In this document: piece after piece, positions 9,448 to 18,474 of the stretch
How positions within the stretch are numbered: position 1 is the stretch's first letter
How the letters are laid out: every line of letters starts with the position of its first letter
The notes under the pieces: model-generated
Told to the model about the DNA's origin: nothing
Databases searched by the model: none
What the model saw: the letters and a program-made list of their open reading frames with translations, nothing else
Assembly: GCF_052102835.1 (NCBI RefSeq)
Contig: NZ_JBQEIL010000004.1
Location: 7,003-71,002 of the forward strand
Direction: 5' to 3'
Origin: Vagococcus sp.
Lineage (GTDB): Bacteria > Bacillota > Bacilli > Lactobacillales > Vagococcaceae
Length of the DNA: 64,000 bases
Program-made: the position numbers and the translations under genes

Positions 9448-10242
9448 GTGTTGAAAGAAAAAGTCTGTATTGTTACAGGGGCAGGTAAGGGGATAGGTGC
9501 TGGTATCGCTAAAGAGATAGCCAAAGCTGATGGAATAGTGATTGTAGCAACTTTGATAGCAGAAGAAGGGCAAGCAGTAGTCGAAGAAATTACTTCCCGA
9601 AATGGAAACGCTTATTTTGTTCAGTTAGATGTTTCAAATGAAGAGAACATAAAAGCAATGGTAAACGAAGTAATCGACAAATATGAAAGAATAGATTGCT
9701 TGATTAACAATGCAGGCATTACAGAATTTAAACCAATGGAAGATGTGACAGAAGAAGATTGGTACCGGGTGATGGATATTGATTTAAAAGGTGTTTTTCA
9801 ATGTACGAAATATGTGAGTCATTGGATGAAACAACAACAATCAGGGTCGATTATTAATATCGCAACCAATCATATTTTTTCAACGTTACATCATGCTGAA
9901 GTTTATAATGCAGCCAAAGGTGGTGTTAGTGCCATGACACGTAGTATGGCATTGAGTTTAGGTAAAGATAATATTCGAGTAAATACCATTTGTCCAGGTT
10001 TTACAGACACTCCTCATCATCAAGAGTGGGTTAATCATCGTGTTGGAACGCCAAAAGAAGTAAAACAGGAAATTCAAGATTTACATGCGATTAATAAAAT
10101 CTGTAAACCAGAAGATGTCGGCCATTTAGCAGTTTTTTTAGCGAGTCCTTATTCAGAGTGTATTACAGGTTCGGATATTGTGATTGATGGTGGTTTATCA
10201 ATATCATTATTTAAATCAAAATTATTGGAGGCGAAGAAATGA
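9448..10242 (+). CDS. SDR family oxidoreductase (probable sugar dehydrogenase)
   Basis: TGAGKGIG, NNAG, YNAAK, IRVNTICPG motifs. Confidence 0.9.
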   Translation: MLKEKVCIVTGAGKGIGAGIAKEIAKADGIVIVATLIAEEGQAVVEEITSRNGNAYFVQLDVSNEENIKAMVNEVIDKYERIDCLINNAGITEFKPMEDVTEEDWYRVMDIDLKGVFQCTKYVSHWMKQQQSGSIINIATNHIFSTLHHAEVYNAAKGGVSAMTRSMALSLGKDNIRVNTICPGFTDTPHHQEWVNHRVGTPKEVKQEIQDLHAINKICKPEDVGHLAVFLASPYSECITGSDIVIDGGLSISLFKSKLLEAKK

Positions 10243-11144
10243 TAAAGGGAATAGCACCAATTTTAGCAGCGACATTTGATGAGACTGGCGCTGTCGACTA
10301 TGCAAGTTTTAAAGCGTTACTGACTTATTATTCATCATTAGAAGTTGAAACGTTATGTTTATTTGGAATAGCGACTGAATTTTATAAGTTTTCAGGGGAT
10401 GAACGAGAAAAGGTAGTGGATTTATTCTTAACTAAACAATTAAATAAAAAGGGTGAAAAAATAAAAAAAGTGGTTTCAGTGACGGATCATAGTGCTGAGG
10501 TTGCTGTTAAGAGAGCACAAGAGTTGGAGGAGAAGGGGGCCGATTGGCTGATGATTTTTCCACCTTATTTTTTAGGACCTAGTGAAACGGCAATTGTTTC
10601 ACATATTGGAAAAATAGCTGATGCGGTTGAATTACCTATCATTATTCAGTATGCACCGAGCCAAACAGGGGTGAAAATGTCACCTGAACCTTTAGCTGGA
10701 CTGACTAAAAAATACCCAAATATTAAAATCATTAAAGTCGAAACACAACCACCGGGAAAATATTTAACGGCATTACTACAAATTGATTCGACGATATCAG
10801 GTTTAGTTGGCTATGCTGGAACACAAATGCCAGATTTCATTCATCGTGGGGGAGCAGGTGTACAACCGGGCTGTTCGTTCCCAGAAATTTACTTGAAATT
10901 ATGGTCGTTTTTAGAGGAGAATAATCCGGTCGCTTTTAATAAATTGTTTCAACGTTTATTACCTTATACGGCTTATTGGATGCAACATGTTGAGCTCATC
11001 ATTAGTGTTGAAAAAGAAATTCTTTACCGACGTGGGATTATCCAGTCAGCTTATTGTCGAACACCAGCATATCAGCTGGATAAGGTGGAGCAAGAAATGA
11101 TTAGTGAATTTTTACTTGAATTTAAAGATGAATTGGGGAGATAA
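10239..11144 (+). CDS. DHDPS/NAL-family aldolase (2-keto-3-deoxy sugar acid aldolase-like)
   Basis: GIATEFY loop, IQYAP Tyr and IKVE Schiff-base Lys of the DapA-like family. Confidence 0.8.
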   Translation: MIKGIAPILAATFDETGAVDYASFKALLTYYSSLEVETLCLFGIATEFYKFSGDEREKVVDLFLTKQLNKKGEKIKKVVSVTDHSAEVAVKRAQELEEKGADWLMIFPPYFLGPSETAIVSHIGKIADAVELPIIIQYAPSQTGVKMSPEPLAGLTKKYPNIKIIKVETQPPGKYLTALLQIDSTISGLVGYAGTQMPDFIHRGGAGVQPGCSFPEIYLKLWSFLEENNPVAFNKLFQRLLPYTAYWMQHVELIISVEKEILYRRGIIQSAYCRTPAYQLDKVEQEMISEFLLEFKDELGR

Positions 11145-11146
11145 AG

Positions 11147-12301
11147 ATGAAAATAACAGATGTTAAAACGTATATAGCAGGTAACGAATGGAAAAACTGG
11201 GTTTTTGTTGAAGTTGAAACGGATATTGGTGTGACTGGTGTTGGAGAAGCAACGCTTAATGGTTTTGCAAAAACAGTTGAAGCAGCCATTCACGAAATTA
11301 AAAAATTTGTCATTGGAAAAGATCCGTTTGATGTTGAAAAAAATGTTTTGCGTCTTTTTAGAGACAACTATTCGGATGGTGGTCAGATTCATGGTTCAGC
11401 GATTTCAGGAATTGAGTATGCTTGTATGGACATTATGGGGAAATATTTAGAGCAGCCAGTTTATAATCTTTTAGGCGGACGGTTCAATCAAAAACTACGT
11501 GTTTATGCGAACGGTTGGTATCGCAGTGGCACAACGTCTGAAGAATTAGCCAAACAAGCTCGTGAAACAGTGGCAAAAGGATATACCGCCTTAAAATTTG
11601 ATCCATTTGGTGCGGCTTGGAAGTCAATGACTATGGAAGAAATTAATATTGCGATGGACAACGTTCGTGTCGTTCGTGAAGCGGTCGGTCCTGATATTGA
11701 TATTATGATTGAAGGGCATAATCGTCTAAGCACACATACCGCGAAGTTAATTGCTAATCGTTTAGCGCCTTACCAACCAACATGGTTTGAAGCTCCAGTA
11801 ATGCCACAACGTATTTCAAACGTATCAGAAGTCGCTCGTTATAGTCCAGTTCCAATCGCTTGTGGAGAAGACTTCCATACGAAAGATCAATTTGCAGAAT
11901 TATTAATGCAAGATAGTGTTCATATCATTCAATTAGAACCACAATATCTAGGTTTAACTGCAGCGAAGCAAGTGTGTGCAATGGCACAAGCTTTTAATGC
12001 AGTCACAGCACCTCATAGTGCGCAGGGACCATTGTGTTCAATCGCAGCCGCTCATTTAAATACAGCATCGCCTAGTTTCTTTGTTCATGAAATCTTTGAA
12101 GATTTTAACCAAGAAGATTGGACGCAAAATGTTTTAACGAATCAGCTTAAGATTGTTGATGGTCATATTGAAGTGAGTGATGCTCCTGGTTGGGGAACAG
12201 AATTAAATAAAGAAATCATCGCAGAACATCCTTACCAAAGTAATCGTTACTTACCACTTTTTAAAAAAGGCTGGGAATCAAGAAAACCAGTATCTGAATA
12301 A
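11147..12301 (+). CDS. Mandelate racemase-subgroup sugar-acid dehydratase (DgoD-like)
   Basis: VETDIGVTGVGE, PVYNLLGG, KFD, WFEAP, ACGE, PH motifs of the enolase superfamily. Confidence 0.85.
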   Translation: MKITDVKTYIAGNEWKNWVFVEVETDIGVTGVGEATLNGFAKTVEAAIHEIKKFVIGKDPFDVEKNVLRLFRDNYSDGGQIHGSAISGIEYACMDIMGKYLEQPVYNLLGGRFNQKLRVYANGWYRSGTTSEELAKQARETVAKGYTALKFDPFGAAWKSMTMEEINIAMDNVRVVREAVGPDIDIMIEGHNRLSTHTAKLIANRLAPYQPTWFEAPVMPQRISNVSEVARYSPVPIACGEDFHTKDQFAELLMQDSVHIIQLEPQYLGLTAAKQVCAMAQAFNAVTAPHSAQGPLCSIAAAHLNTASPSFFVHEIFEDFNQEDWTQNVLTNQLKIVDGHIEVSDAPGWGTELNKEIIAEHPYQSNRYLPLFKKGWESRKPVSE

Positions 12302-12315
12302 GAAAGAGGATTAAA

Positions 12316-12954
12316 ATGAAAAAAGACGTTGTAACATGGATCAAAGAGGAAAAAATCTTACCTATTTTAAGAAATGTTCCTTTAGATGTTTTACCTGATT
12401 TGCTGGCTCTCTTTGAGAAAAATGAAATTAATATTTTAGAAGTTACTGCAAATAGTCAAAGTTTCATTGAAACCATTCAGTTTATCAAAGAAAAGTATCC
12501 TCATTTTATGATTGGAGCGGGGACTGTGACTAGTCTTGAACGAGTAAAATTAGTCGCTGAGTTAGGCGTTTCTTTTATTGTGACGCCCAATGTTAATCTA
12601 GAGGTGATTGCCTATGCTCAAAACCATCAATTAGGTACGATTATTGGAGCACTTACTCCAAGTGAAATTGAGATAGCGTATGAGGCAGGAGCCGATATCG
12701 TAAAAATATTCCCAATAGGTGTTTTAGGAACAGAGTATTACCGAGCAGTAATAGGCCCATTAGATACTATTCCCTTCCTACCCACAGGTGGCGTTTCCCT
12801 AAAAAATATTGCCGAATACCGTGAGCTAGGAGCTACCGGTTTTGGTATTGGTAGCGATATTGTTAATATTAATTTATTAAAAGAAAAGAAAATTACTGAA
12901 TTGGATACAATCATTAAAGAATTTGTCACCTTAGCTAGGACTGAAAAAATATGA
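12316..12954 (+). CDS. eda: KDPG/KHG aldolase
   Basis: ILEVT, IGAGTV, FIVTPN, GALTPSE, VKIFP, LPTGGV motifs. Confidence 0.9.
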   Translation: MKKDVVTWIKEEKILPILRNVPLDVLPDLLALFEKNEINILEVTANSQSFIETIQFIKEKYPHFMIGAGTVTSLERVKLVAELGVSFIVTPNVNLEVIAYAQNHQLGTIIGALTPSEIEIAYEAGADIVKIFPIGVLGTEYYRAVIGPLDTIPFLPTGGVSLKNIAEYRELGATGFGIGSDIVNINLLKEKKITELDTIIKEFVTLARTEKI

Positions 12955-13904
12955 AGGTTTTAACAATTGGCGAAACACTCGCTTCTTTTCAACCGAATGA
13001 TCATTTGTCATTAAAAATGAGTCAAACATTATCAGCTAGTATCGCAGGGGCAGAGAGTAATGTGGCAATCGGTTTGTCTCGTTTAGGTGTTGAAACGTCA
13101 TGGTTGAGTTGTGTTGGTCAAGATGAGTTTGGCGAACGGATTCTTGCGACTTTACGTTCTGAACAAGTCAAAACGCACTTAGTCAAAAAACTGACTTCAC
13201 ATTCAACAGGCGTTTTCTTTAAACATTTTAAAGGTTATGGAGAAACCAATGTTTTATATTATCGGAGCCACTCAGCGGCCACTCAGCTTTCACAGCATTT
13301 CCAAGAATTCTCTTGGTTAGAGGGGGTAGATCTCGTTCATTTGACTGGAATTACTTTGGCAATCAGTGCTGAAAACGCTAAATTTATCATTGAATTGGCT
13401 AAAGAATTAAAGAAAAGACAGATTATTTTAAGTTTTGATCCTAATTTAAGAATGAAGCTGTGGACCTTAGACCAAGCTAAATTTTGGATTGAACAACTTT
13501 TACCATATTGCGATTGGTATTTTCCAAGTGAGGTAGAGTTTATAAAACTTCATGGTGATAAAAGTCCAAAAGAAGTGGTTAAGGAATATGAATTAACTTG
13601 TTTAACGCTTAAAGAAGGGCTAGGGGCAACTGCCTACACCGATTCTGAAGTGATTACTTACCAGGGCGCGCCAGCTGCTCATATTTTAGATACTGTAGGA
13701 GCAGGTGATGCTTTTGTTGCAGGGATGCTATATTCAATTCTTAATCATGACTTTTCGACAGAAGGCGTCTTAATAAAAAAAGCTCTACAAATAGGGCATG
13801 AAATGGGAAAAATTGCAGTTCAAACGCAAGGCGATTGGGAGAATTTACCCACGGAGTACGAATTAACGACTCTAATGGCAGAGGGACATCAAGACCTAAG
13901 ATAA
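12951..13904 (+). CDS. PfkB family sugar kinase (2-keto-3-deoxygluconate kinase-like)
   Basis: IGETL, AGAESNVAIGLSRLG, FDPNLR, DTVGAGDAF motifs. Confidence 0.85.
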   Translation: MKVLTIGETLASFQPNDHLSLKMSQTLSASIAGAESNVAIGLSRLGVETSWLSCVGQDEFGERILATLRSEQVKTHLVKKLTSHSTGVFFKHFKGYGETNVLYYRSHSAATQLSQHFQEFSWLEGVDLVHLTGITLAISAENAKFIIELAKELKKRQIILSFDPNLRMKLWTLDQAKFWIEQLLPYCDWYFPSEVEFIKLHGDKSPKEVVKEYELTCLTLKEGLGATAYTDSEVITYQGAPAAHILDTVGAGDAFVAGMLYSILNHDFSTEGVLIKKALQIGHEMGKIAVQTQGDWENLPTEYELTTLMAEGHQDLR

Positions 13905-13909
13905 TCAAA

Positions 13910-14767
13910 TCAAAAGGAAAAATTTCGTTTTCGAAAAGCACTGGGTGTTATCTGTGTTTGTTTTTTAAAAAAGGTTGAGAAGTGACTAGCAGATGAAAAA
14001 TCTAAACGTTCAGAAATATCATCCATTGTTAAATCAGTGGTTAATAATAACTCCTTAGCCTTCTCTAAACGAACACTTAAAATATAATCTCTGGGCGACA
14101 TTCCGTAAACTTTGGTAAATACATTAGTAATATATGTTCGATGTAAATGAAGTCTGTCAGCAATCGTCTGTACTTTTAAATCACTTTTAGTGGTTGTATT
14201 AATAATTTCTACAATTTCTGACGCTAAATAAATTTCATTTTGATTTAATCGTTGGTTTTGATTTTGTTCTTGTTCTTGGTTAAATTTAGCCACATTTGCT
14301 AATAATAAAGTGATATAAGCATTCAGCTCTAATTCAAAAATAGACACATCGAATTCATTATCAAGTTCAAGATGTTTTCGATTGAGTTGAAATTGTTGAA
14401 TGATGCTAACAATGATCTTTGAAATATTAGGATAGTCTTTTTCTCGGATAAGGATATTATGCGAACTATGAATGGCTCGATTGACTTCATGGTTCTCAAT
14501 ATCGAAATGAAAACCTAGAAATTCACTATCCGCAATAATCTCAGTTTCGTGAAAGAAACCGCCTTGAATAATTAAGGTATCACCAGGAAAAAGATGATAA
14601 GTATGAGACCCGACTTTTTGAAGTATTTCTCCAGAAGAACAAAATAAAAGTTCATAGTAGGGGTGACGATGCTTTTCGTAAGTCCAACCTAAATCAGCAT
14701 AAGTATATTGGAAATCTGATAATGAAATAGAACTGTAAAGACGGTTCGAATGGAAGATATAATTCAT
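13910..14767 (-). CDS. AraC family regulator
   Basis: N-terminal cupin (HRHPYYE) and C-terminal double HTH (ISERLDFSSASHFSTFFKK). Confidence 0.9.
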   Translation of the reverse strand: MNYIFHSNRLYSSISLSDFQYTYADLGWTYEKHRHPYYELLFCSSGEILQKVGSHTYHLFPGDTLIIQGGFFHETEIIADSEFLGFHFDIENHEVNRAIHSSHNILIREKDYPNISKIIVSIIQQFQLNRKHLELDNEFDVSIFELELNAYITLLLANVAKFNQEQEQNQNQRLNQNEIYLASEIVEIINTTTKSDLKVQTIADRLHLHRTYITNVFTKVYGMSPRDYILSVRLEKAKELLLTTDLTMDDISERLDFSSASHFSTFFKKQTQITPSAFRKRNFSF

Positions 14768-14815
14768 GAGTCTCTCCTTTCAATAGGTGAGTTAATTATA
14801 TCATAATAAAAAGTG

Positions 14816-14897
14816 ACTTATAATATTAAGTTTATCTAAAAAATAATTGTAAACGTTTTAGACTTATGATATTATTAAGGAACTTAATATATTAAGA
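14816..14897. promoter_or_regulatory. PTS copy-1 promoter: two ACTTAATATATTAAGT-like palindromes (probable GntR operators) and a cre-like site
   Basis: ACTTATAATATTAAGT (14816-14831), TGTAAACGTTTTAG (14848-14861), ACTTAATATATTAAGA (14882-14897). Confidence 0.6.
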
Positions 14898-14950
14898 TGT
14901 TATCTTGACATAACATCTGGCATTAACTATTTCATAAGGAGGAATTATTA

Positions 14951-15427
14951 ATGATTACAGGAGTAAGAATTGATGGTCGTTTAATCCACGGTCAAGTCGC
15001 AAATTTATGGGTTCCTAAATTAGGAATTACAAGAGTCATGGTTGTTGACAGTGATGTCGTGACTAGTGATATCGAAAAAAACAGTTTAAAACTAGCAACA
15101 CCATCCGGTATTAAACTTAGTGTGTTAACACCTGAAAAAGCCGCAACTAATCTTTTAGCAGGACGCTATGATTCGCAAAAAGTGCTCATTGTTGTGAAAA
15201 GACCAAGCTATTTGGTTAAATTAGTCGAACTTGGTATGCCGTTAGAGGTGGTTAATGTCGGAAACATGTCACGTGTGGATGGTTCAAAAACAATTACTAA
15301 ATCAGTCAATGTTTTAGATCAAGACGTTCAAGATTTTGAATTGCTTCATGCCAAAGGTGTTAAATTAATTCATCAAATGGTTCCATCAGACAATGAAAGT
15401 AGTTTTATGGAATTATTAAAAAAATAA
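14951..15427 (+). CDS. PTS mannose/fructose/sorbose family IIB
   Basis: RIDGRLIHGQV phosphorylation motif; VNVGNM. Confidence 0.95.
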   Translation: MITGVRIDGRLIHGQVANLWVPKLGITRVMVVDSDVVTSDIEKNSLKLATPSGIKLSVLTPEKAATNLLAGRYDSQKVLIVVKRPSYLVKLVELGMPLEVVNVGNMSRVDGSKTITKSVNVLDQDVQDFELLHAKGVKLIHQMVPSDNESSFMELLKK

Positions 15428-15450
15428 AATAATCTAAGGGAGTGTAACAA

Positions 15451-16344
15451 ATGGAAATAGTATGGTGGCAAATTTTATTAATCACATTATACGCAGGGTA
15501 TCAAATTTTAGATGAATTGACGATTTACTCTGGTGCAGGCTCGCCTGTTTTTGCTGGTTTGTTTACCGGAATTGTCATGGGGGATATGACCGCCGGTCTA
15601 ATCATCGGAGGAAGTATGCAGTTAACCATCCTTGGTGTTGGGGCATTTGGGGGAGCGTCAAGAATTGATGCCAACTCAGGAACGATTTTAGCAACGGTCT
15701 TCTCGGTTGGTTTAGGGATGAACCCAGAACAAGCTATCGCAGCGATTGCAGTACCTGTCGCAAGTTTAATGATCCAAATGGATATTTTAGGTCGTTTTGC
15801 GAATACTTATTTCGCTCACCAAATTGATAAACAAGTTGAAAATATGGATTACAAAAAAATTGAACGCAATTATTTAATGGGTGCACTATCTTGGAGTTTA
15901 TCTCGTGCCCTTCCTGTTTTCTTAGCCATCGCATTTGGTGGCGAAGCTGTCAATACAGTTGTACATTATTTAAATACAGATTTGAAATGGTTAGGTGATG
16001 GTCTATCAACTGCAGGAGCTATCTTACCAGCTGTCGGTTTTGCGATTTTACTTCGTTACTTACCAGTTAAAAAACACATTGCTTACTTAATCTTAGGCTT
16101 TGTAATTACGGCTCTCTTAACAACTGTCTTTGGAAACATTCAAGCTGTTGGTGGGGTAGTGGGTACATTATCAAAAGATTTCACACAAATCTTAAATGGT
16201 TTACCAATGTTAGGTATCGCATTGATTGGTTTTGCTTTAGCCTATCTCCAGTACAAACGTGCAATTGAAACACCGGTCGCAACATCAAATGGATTGACTA
16301 TCTCTGATTCAATGGAAGGGGAAATCGAAGATGACGAACTCTAA
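15451..16344 (+). CDS. PTS mannose family IIC
   Basis: Polytopic; GLIIGGSMQL..LG, GAILPAVGFAILL motifs. Confidence 0.95.
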   Translation: MEIVWWQILLITLYAGYQILDELTIYSGAGSPVFAGLFTGIVMGDMTAGLIIGGSMQLTILGVGAFGGASRIDANSGTILATVFSVGLGMNPEQAIAAIAVPVASLMIQMDILGRFANTYFAHQIDKQVENMDYKKIERNYLMGALSWSLSRALPVFLAIAFGGEAVNTVVHYLNTDLKWLGDGLSTAGAILPAVGFAILLRYLPVKKHIAYLILGFVITALLTTVFGNIQAVGGVVGTLSKDFTQILNGLPMLGIALIGFALAYLQYKRAIETPVATSNGLTISDSMEGEIEDDEL

Positions 16345-17140
16345 ATATAAGTTAACTAAAAAAGATTTTAACCAAATTAACCGTAGAAGTTTAATGGGTT
16401 TTCAGTTGGGTTGGAACTATGAAAGAATGCAAGGATCAGGTTATCTTTATACAATTTTGCCACAATTACGTAAAATTTATGGCGATGATACGCCTGAGTT
16501 AAAAGCAATGATGAAAACACATACGCAATTCTTCAACACAAGTAACTTCTTGAATACTTTGGTGACAGGGATTGACTTAGCAATTGAAGAAGAAGAAGGA
16601 GTGGACGCGAAAGAAACCGTTGCCGGTTTAAAAACAGGTTTAATGGGACCTTTCGCAGCTATTGGGGACTCAATCTTTGGCGCATTATGGCCAACAATTT
16701 TTGGAGCAGTCGCAGCCAACATGGCAGTGAACGGTAATCCCGTCGGGATGTTAATTTGGGTGCTAGCGAACGTTTTAGTAATGTACTTCAGATGGCGTCA
16801 ATTAGAATTTGCTTATAAAGAAGGGGTTTCACTAGTAACAACGATGCAAAGTAAGTTGACTGCAATCACAGATGCAGCTACTGTTTTAGGGGTTTTCATG
16901 GTTGGCGCTTTAATCGCAACAATGATCAATGTTCATATCTCATGGGCTCCAAAAATCGGAGAATTATCGATTGATATCCAAAACAGTTTAGATATGATCT
17001 TACCTCGTTTGGTTCCACTAGCGATTGTCGGAATGGTTTATAGTTTATTAGGACGTAAGAGAATGACTTCAACAAAAGTGATCTTTATCGTTTTAATTGT
17101 ATCAGTAGCATTATCAGCATTAGGTGTGATTAGCAAATAA
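16331..17140 (+). CDS. PTS mannose family IID
   Basis: WNYERMQG, FFNT, KTGLMGPFAAIGDS motifs. Confidence 0.95.
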   Translation: MTNSKYKLTKKDFNQINRRSLMGFQLGWNYERMQGSGYLYTILPQLRKIYGDDTPELKAMMKTHTQFFNTSNFLNTLVTGIDLAIEEEEGVDAKETVAGLKTGLMGPFAAIGDSIFGALWPTIFGAVAANMAVNGNPVGMLIWVLANVLVMYFRWRQLEFAYKEGVSLVTTMQSKLTAITDAATVLGVFMVGALIATMINVHISWAPKIGELSIDIQNSLDMILPRLVPLAIVGMVYSLLGRKRMTSTKVIFIVLIVSVALSALGVISK

Positions 17141-17168
17141 ATTTAAAACACAAAGGTAGGGAAAAGAC

Positions 17169-17558
17169 ATGAAAACAATGATTTTAGTCAGTCATGGCTC
17201 ATTTTGTGAAGGCTTGAAAGAAAGTGTGGAAATGATTTTAGGACCACAAGAACAATTGAAAACAGTTTCGTTATTGCCAGATGAAGAAGGCAGTGATTTT
17301 GCAGCGAAATTTGATGCGGTTGTATCAGGAACCGACGGTGACTATGTGGTTTTTGCGGACCTTTTAGGGGGAACGCCGGCTAATGTTCTAACGAATAAAA
17401 TCATGTCTGGGGAACCGATTGAAGCATATGCAGGAATGAGTATGCCGATGATTATCGCTTATTTGAATAGTGAAATGTTGGGGGAAGCTTTTGACTTAGA
17501 AAAAGCAAAAGAAAACAGCGTGGACTTAGCAGCGTACATCAAAGAAAAATTAGGATAA
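17169..17558 (+). CDS. PTS mannose family IIA
   Basis: LVSHG, ADLLGGTP, GMSMPM motifs. Confidence 0.95.
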   Translation: MKTMILVSHGSFCEGLKESVEMILGPQEQLKTVSLLPDEEGSDFAAKFDAVVSGTDGDYVVFADLLGGTPANVLTNKIMSGEPIEAYAGMSMPMIIAYLNSEMLGEAFDLEKAKENSVDLAAYIKEKLG

Positions 17559-17564
17559 AAAAAT

Positions 17565-17603
17565 AAAGGTTGGCTTATCGAATGACAAGATAAGCCAACC
17601 TTT
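17565..17603. terminator. Bidirectional terminator
   Basis: AAAGGTTGGCTTATC...GATAAGCCAACCTTT perfect 15-bp stem. Confidence 0.85.
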
Positions 17604-17616
17604 AATCTATAAAAAT

Positions 17617-18327
17617 TTAAATGGTTTCAATTTTAGTTTCATAATAGTCCCAACGTTTAAAACTTTCAATGTATTCAACGACTTGAATGTCATTAAGAAA
17701 AGTCGTTCTTTTAGCAAAGCTTGTCGGACAATCTTCACTAATTTGTAAAAGTTGAGCCGTTCTTTTAGGTGTTGGAAATTGAATTGCATAGTATTCAACT
17801 GAAGGTGAAGTAGTCAAATGAAAATTATAATCACGCCTCATCTTATCGTAAATCGAAATAAAGTTAGAGGGATCTTTAAGATCTTCTTCTTTGACGTAAT
17901 CAGAAGAAAGGTAAGTGTATTGTAAAAAGAAAGGAATACCGTTACTTTTTCGTAGTCTTTCAAAACAGTAGATTTTTTTATTGGTATCAATTTTAAGTTT
18001 TTTACGAATGGTATCATCGTTAATTTCAGTGATGCTGATGACATGGGTAGTGACATCGGCATCTTCATTGGGGAATTTATCCACATCAGTAAATCGAACA
18101 GGTTGACCTAATTTTCCTCTCGAAACAAAACGACCTTTCCCTTGAACACTATATAAGTATCCTTCACTCACTAATTCTTTTAAAGCACGAATGACGGTAA
18201 TTGAGCTAACTTGGAAGAGTTCAATTAATTCAGATTCGCTATAAAATTTATCACCAGGTTCAAATTCACCGCTCACAATTTTTTGAAGTAGCGCGTTTTT
18301 GACTTGTTGATATTTAGGGATTGCCAT
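17617..18327 (-). CDS. GntR family (HutC/UTRA) regulator
   Basis: PKYQQV...SESEL...VSSITVIRAL...QGKGRFV winged HTH plus UTRA-type C-terminus. Confidence 0.9.
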   Translation of the reverse strand: MAIPKYQQVKNALLQKIVSGEFEPGDKFYSESELIELFQVSSITVIRALKELVSEGYLYSVQGKGRFVSRGKLGQPVRFTDVDKFPNEDADVTTHVISITEINDDTIRKKLKIDTNKKIYCFERLRKSNGIPFFLQYTYLSSDYVKEEDLKDPSNFISIYDKMRRDYNFHLTTSPSVEYYAIQFPTPKRTAQLLQISEDCPTSFAKRTTFLNDIQVVEYIESFKRWDYYETKIETI

Positions 18328-18367
18328 ACTTAAACTCCTTTTTAGTCTTATTTACTTATATAGTACC

Positions 18368-18452
18368 ACTTAGTATATGAAGTGTCACCTACAAAAATGT
18401 TTGTAGTCGATTATTTTCTATGGTATATTAAGTTTAACTTAATATATTAACA
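18368..18452. promoter_or_regulatory. gntR/beta-galactosidase divergent promoter with probable GntR operators
   Basis: ACTTAGTATATGAAGT (18368-18383), half-site TATATTAAGT (18424-18433), ACTTAATATATTAACA (18437-18452). Confidence 0.6.
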
Positions 18453-18474
18453 TATTGTTTAGGAGAGGGTAATT

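Larger units (their letters stand above)
14936..17559 (+). repeat. Copy 1 of a 2624-bp direct repeat (whole PTS BCDA operon)
   Basis: Matches 29823-32446 at a constant offset of 14887; one synonymous difference seen (A14962 vs G29849); translations identical. Confidence 0.95.
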
